NCBI RefSeq assembly: GCF_964194155.1
Contig: NC_135902.1
Location: forward strand, 10,230,001-10,294,000
Length of the DNA stretch: 64,000 bases
From: Cetorhinus maximus
Taxonomy: Eukaryota
Direction: 5' to 3'
Shown: positions 59,800-64,000 of the stretch, piece by piece
How the letters are laid out: every line of letters starts with the position of its first letter
Position numbering within the stretch: the first letter of the stretch is position 1
The notes under the pieces: generated by a model
What the model was told of the DNA's origin: nothing
Seen by the model: only the letters and a program-made list of their open reading frames with translations
The model's database searches: none
Position numbers and translations under genes: made by a program

Positions 59800-61556
59800 T
59801 CAATGATGGTATTAGCGCAATAGAGAGAGATGACCGAAGTTCAGGAAACCAGGACGTAGAAGCGGTTTGGGTAGAGATTAGAAATAGAGTCAAGAAGTCA
59901 CTTGTGGGAGTGGTGTACAGGCCCCTTAATAGTAACCATATGGTAGGACGGGGTATAAAGGAAGAAATAATGGGAGCTTGTCAGAAAGGTATGGAGATAA
60001 TCATCAGGGATTTTAATCTACATATAGACTGGAAAAATCAGATGGGCAAAGGTAGCCTAGATAAAGAAGTCATAGAATGTTTTGGGATAGTTTCTTAGAA
60101 CAGTGTTTTCTGGTGCTAACCAGGGAGTAGGCTATACTAGACCTGACATTATGCAATGAGATAGTATTAATTAATGACCTAATAGTGAAGGCACCCCAGG
60201 CTGCATTTGAGCCACATTGCATATGATTGAATTTTACATTCGTTTTAAGAGAGAGAAGAGTGGGTCCAAGAGTAGCATTTTAAACTTAAATAAGGGTAAT
60301 TAGGAGGGCATGAAAGCAGAGCTAGCAAAAGTGAACTGGCAAATTAGGTTAAGGGATAGGTCAATAGAGATGCAGTGGCAGACATTTAAAGGGATGTTTC
60401 AGAACACACAGAACAGATACATTCTAATGAGAAAGAAAATTTCCAAGGGGAGGACCCACCATCCATGGTTAACTAAAAAAGTTAAAGGTAGTATCAAAAT
60501 AAAGAAAAAGCATATAATTGCACAAAAATGGGTGGCAGGTCAGAAGATTAGACAGAATATAAAAAATAGCAAAGAATGACAGAAAGATTAATAAGGAGGG
60601 AAAAATTTGAGTATGAGAGAAAGCTAGCTAGAAATATAAAGACAGATAGTAAGAGTTTCTATAGATATTTAAGAATGAAAAGAGTTAATAAAGTGAGCTT
60701 TGGACCTATACAAAGTGAGTCTGGGGAATTAATAATGGAAAATAAGGAGATGGCAGATTAATTCGATGGTATTTTGCATTGGTCTTCACTCTGAAGGAAA
60801 CAAGTAACATCCAATAAATAGCTATAAATCAGGAAATGCAAGGGAAGAGGAACTCAAGAAAATTACAATCACCAGGGAAGTGGTATTGAGCAAATTGTTG
60901 GAGTTGCAAACTGACAAGTCCCTGGGTCCTGATGGACAAGGGAAATTGAATACAAAAAATAGGGAGGTTATGTTTTGGTTGCACAGGTCATTGGTGAGAT
61001 CACATCTGGAGTAGTGTGTACAGTATTGGTCTCCTTATTTAAGGAAGGATGTAAATGCATTGGGAGCACTTCAGACAAAGTTTACTAAACCAATACCTGG
61101 AATGAGTGGGTTGTCTTATGAGGAAAGGTTGGACAGGCAAGGCTAGAATCCTCCGGAGTTTAGAATAATGAGGTGACTCGATTGAAACATATAAGATCCT
61201 GAACTGTCTTGATAGTTGGATGTGGAGAGGATGTTTCCTCTTATGAGTGAATCTAGAACGAGGAGTCACTGTTTAAAAATAAGGAGTTGCCCATTTAAGA
61301 CAGAGATGAGGAGCATTTCTTTTCTTTCAGAGGGTTGTGAGTCTTTGGAACTCTTGCTCAAAAGGTGGTGGAAACAGAGTCTTTGAATATTTTTAAGGCA
61401 GAGCTGGTTATATTCAAAAATAAGCAAGGGATGAAAGGTTATCGGGGCAGGTGGGAATGTGGAATTGAGGTTACAGTGCGATCTGCCATGATCTTATTGA
61501 ATGGCGGAGCAGGGTTGAGGGACCGAGTGGCCTACTCCTGCTCCCTGTTCATATGT
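59800..61556 (+). mobile_element. CR1 LINE with endonuclease remnant and internal deletion of most of the RT
   Basis: VGVVYRPLNS...IIIRDFNLHIDW endonuclease motifs. KSLGPDG (about 60935) joins directly to the post-RT IEYK region. Inserted in another LINE 3' end (59700-59797 / 61557-61905). Confidence 0.88.
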
Positions 61557-62649
61557 AACTACTGCAATCCATGTTGTGTAGATGCACCCACAGTTCTGTT
61601 AGGAAGGGAGTTCCAGGGTTTTGTTCCAGCAACAGTGAAGGAACGAGTCAGAATGGTGTGTGGCTTGGAGGGGAATTTCCAGATGGCGGTGTTCCCATCC
61701 ATCTGCTGCTCTTGTCCTTCTAGATAGCAGGGGTAGCGGGTTTGAAAGGTGCTGTCGTAGGAGATTTGGGCATGTTGCTGCAGTGCATCTTTTGTATGGT
61801 ACACACTGCTGCTACTGTGCGTCAGTGGTGGAAGGAGTGAATGTTTAAGGTGGTGGATAGGGTGCCAATCAAACGGGCTGCTTTGCATTGGATAGTGACA
61901 AGCTTCTAGTCACTTTGTATTGACCTCTGCATTCTCACTAGTTGTTTTTGCCTGTTTCTGTTCCCATTCCTGCCTGCTCTACTTTAAAATGTCGTTCCAA
62001 ACTCCTATCACCAACCTCCAAGTCCTTATTAATCTCACCATTGTCAAGTGTGACATAGCATTAAATGATCATTTTTCAGAGTACCTCCAATACTCTAATG
62101 TTTCAAGAATTGTCCTCATTTGCTTTTTAATAAAGGCGACAAAACGGAACTCTTTGTTAAAACATCAGTTTTTTAAGAACATCTAATGTTTTTCAATAAA
62201 AGCATGAGAAAGTTCAAATCTGATCTATTAATGACTAAATGCCTAGCATCAAAATTTTATTGATATCCCTTGTGCAAGGCATTAGATCCAGACAACTATC
62301 TAAATACTGTATAAGCATTGTTTCAAGAAATAGAGAACCTCCACTTGTATAGCACCCTTGCATCCTCAATCTGAAAATACAATGCAGTTTATTCACTGTT
62401 ATAATGTAGGGAAAGGTGGTCTCAAATTGATGCACAGCATGTCTTCACACCTAGCAAGAGATATTTGACCAGATGATCTGTTTTTACTGTGTGATGTAGG
62501 GATAAATGTTGGACATGACACTGGAAAAATTCTTGTTTTTCTTGCAATGGTACCTGAGATCTTTTACATGCACCTAAGTTAGCAAACAGGGACTCCACTG
62601 AATGATGACACTTGCAACAGTTCTGCACTGAAGTTCCCATCAAGATATT

Positions 62650-63817
62650 GGCCCAGTCTTCCAATCAGGGTCGGAACCCCTTCTTCTGACCCGGATCAGA
62701 CAAAAAAATACACACTTACCTTCCTCCGATTTTTCTGGTCAATCTTCTGATCGAGGATCCTTCACAAATGGCTCAGTGCAGCAAACTTTGGAGGGAGCAA
62801 CGCCAAGATACCGTGCAGAAGGCACACCCCCTTCTTACGGTACTAGCTGTCATGTTCCGATAAGTAAAGAGTTTAAATGTGACTAAGCTTCTTTGAAAAG
62901 TTACGGAGCGAAGGGAAGTGGGAAGGGGGTAGGGTGGGTAAGATAAGTGGGTTGTGATGTTTGTGTTTAATGTTTGTGCTTTTTTGTAAAAGGACTTTTA
63001 GTTAAAAAGGAGTCCAATATAAAAAACCTGACAGTAGGGTGTGCAATAGGAAGTATTGCCGTCTGGTGTAGAATGAGGAATAAAGGAACCTTTGGTTTTT
63101 TTACACAGGAAACTGGGGTTCAGAAGCAGATAGCTGTGTGTGTGTGTATTCTTAATTGTTAAGAACTGACAAAACACTTCAGGGGTAGGGCGGTTAAGGA
63201 AATAGGATGGATGATGGGGCTGTGTGGATAAGATAAGTGGGTAAGAAATTAGGGTGGGCAAGGTAAAGGGGTAGGGTGGGCAAGGGAAGGGGGTAGGGTA
63301 GGTGAGGGAAGTGGGTAAGGGGTAGGTGGCAGGTGGACAGGGTGGCAGGGTGGCCAGTGGGTAGGGTGGTAGGTAGGTAGGGTAGCAGGGTGGTAGGGTG
63401 TCAACTGTGTAGGGCAGTAGGATGGCAGTTGGGTGAGTAGGTAGGTGGGTCGGGAGGTGGTCAAGTCAGTTTGTGAGGGGTTGTCAGGTTGCGTCGGGGG
63501 GAGTGGCGGGCTCCGGAGATAGTGGGGGGTTAGTGTGAGTGACTGGAGTCAGTTTTGTAGTTACCAGGGGTTAGGCTAGGATTTATCTGTCTAACATTTC
63601 CTGGGTAGCTCCAGGTAAGTAAGTTGGAACCGTCTGAAGTCTCTGACTCTAACACAGAGTCGGGAAAGGTCCCGGGCACCAGGGAAATTGTCCATCGGAA
63701 GTTCAAACTTCCTGGGCAACTCCCACAGAGTCGTTGTGTTGGGACTTTGGAGGGTTGCCATAGAACATCTTCCAGGGTTAGCTGGTTTCCAACCATCCGG
63801 AGATAGAAGATCTGTAT
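62650..63817. mobile_element. Second copy of the 38445 DNA transposon family, with G-rich internal repeats
   Basis: Ends GGCCCAGTCTTCCA / TAGAAGATCTG. Shares GGAAGTTTGAACTTC and ATCCTAGYCTAAC motifs in inverted orientation. Confidence 0.7.
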
Positions 63818-64000
63818 ATTTATTTGGTAAATTCAGTGCTTTAAGTGGCAGACTATAGGTTATGCATTAACTTTGACAGCTGTTATTGTGGTATTTAGCT
63901 GATTTGTCAAAGGCAGTCATTTTGTTATCATAGGAGGTTCCCAGTTAGAATTACTGTTTAATGCAGGAAATTGTGCAAACAAGAATTTGGATGGACAATA

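Overview
Eukaryotic vertebrate genomic DNA. The repeat complement (CR1, L2, Deu-type tRNA SINEs, Penelope-like elements, Harbinger elements) suggests a cartilaginous fish; this is inference. Two intact spliced genes lie head-to-head. ADPRM (minus strand; three coding exons, 346 aa, plus a probable non-coding exon 1 ending at 12706) and SCO1 (plus strand; seven coding exons, 17720-33959, 305 aa). Their two CpG-rich promoters are about 4.7 kb apart. The interval contains a 27-bp minisatellite with 22 STAT/GAS-type motifs and an ~80-bp tandem array whose units each carry U2 snRNA nt 38-58 joined to a LINE-like 3' end, the signature of a U2-targeting (Keno-like) retrotransposon. Penelope-like elements carrying minimal hammerhead ribozymes occur repeatedly, including one in the probable ADPRM 5' UTR. 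Downstream of SCO1 (34-64 kb) no host gene was recognised. That region holds nested transposon remnants: two decayed Harbinger elements (Myb/SANT gene plus transposase), MITEs, CR1/L2 LINEs and a solo LTR. Repeat boundaries are approximate unless a TIR or TSD is quoted.
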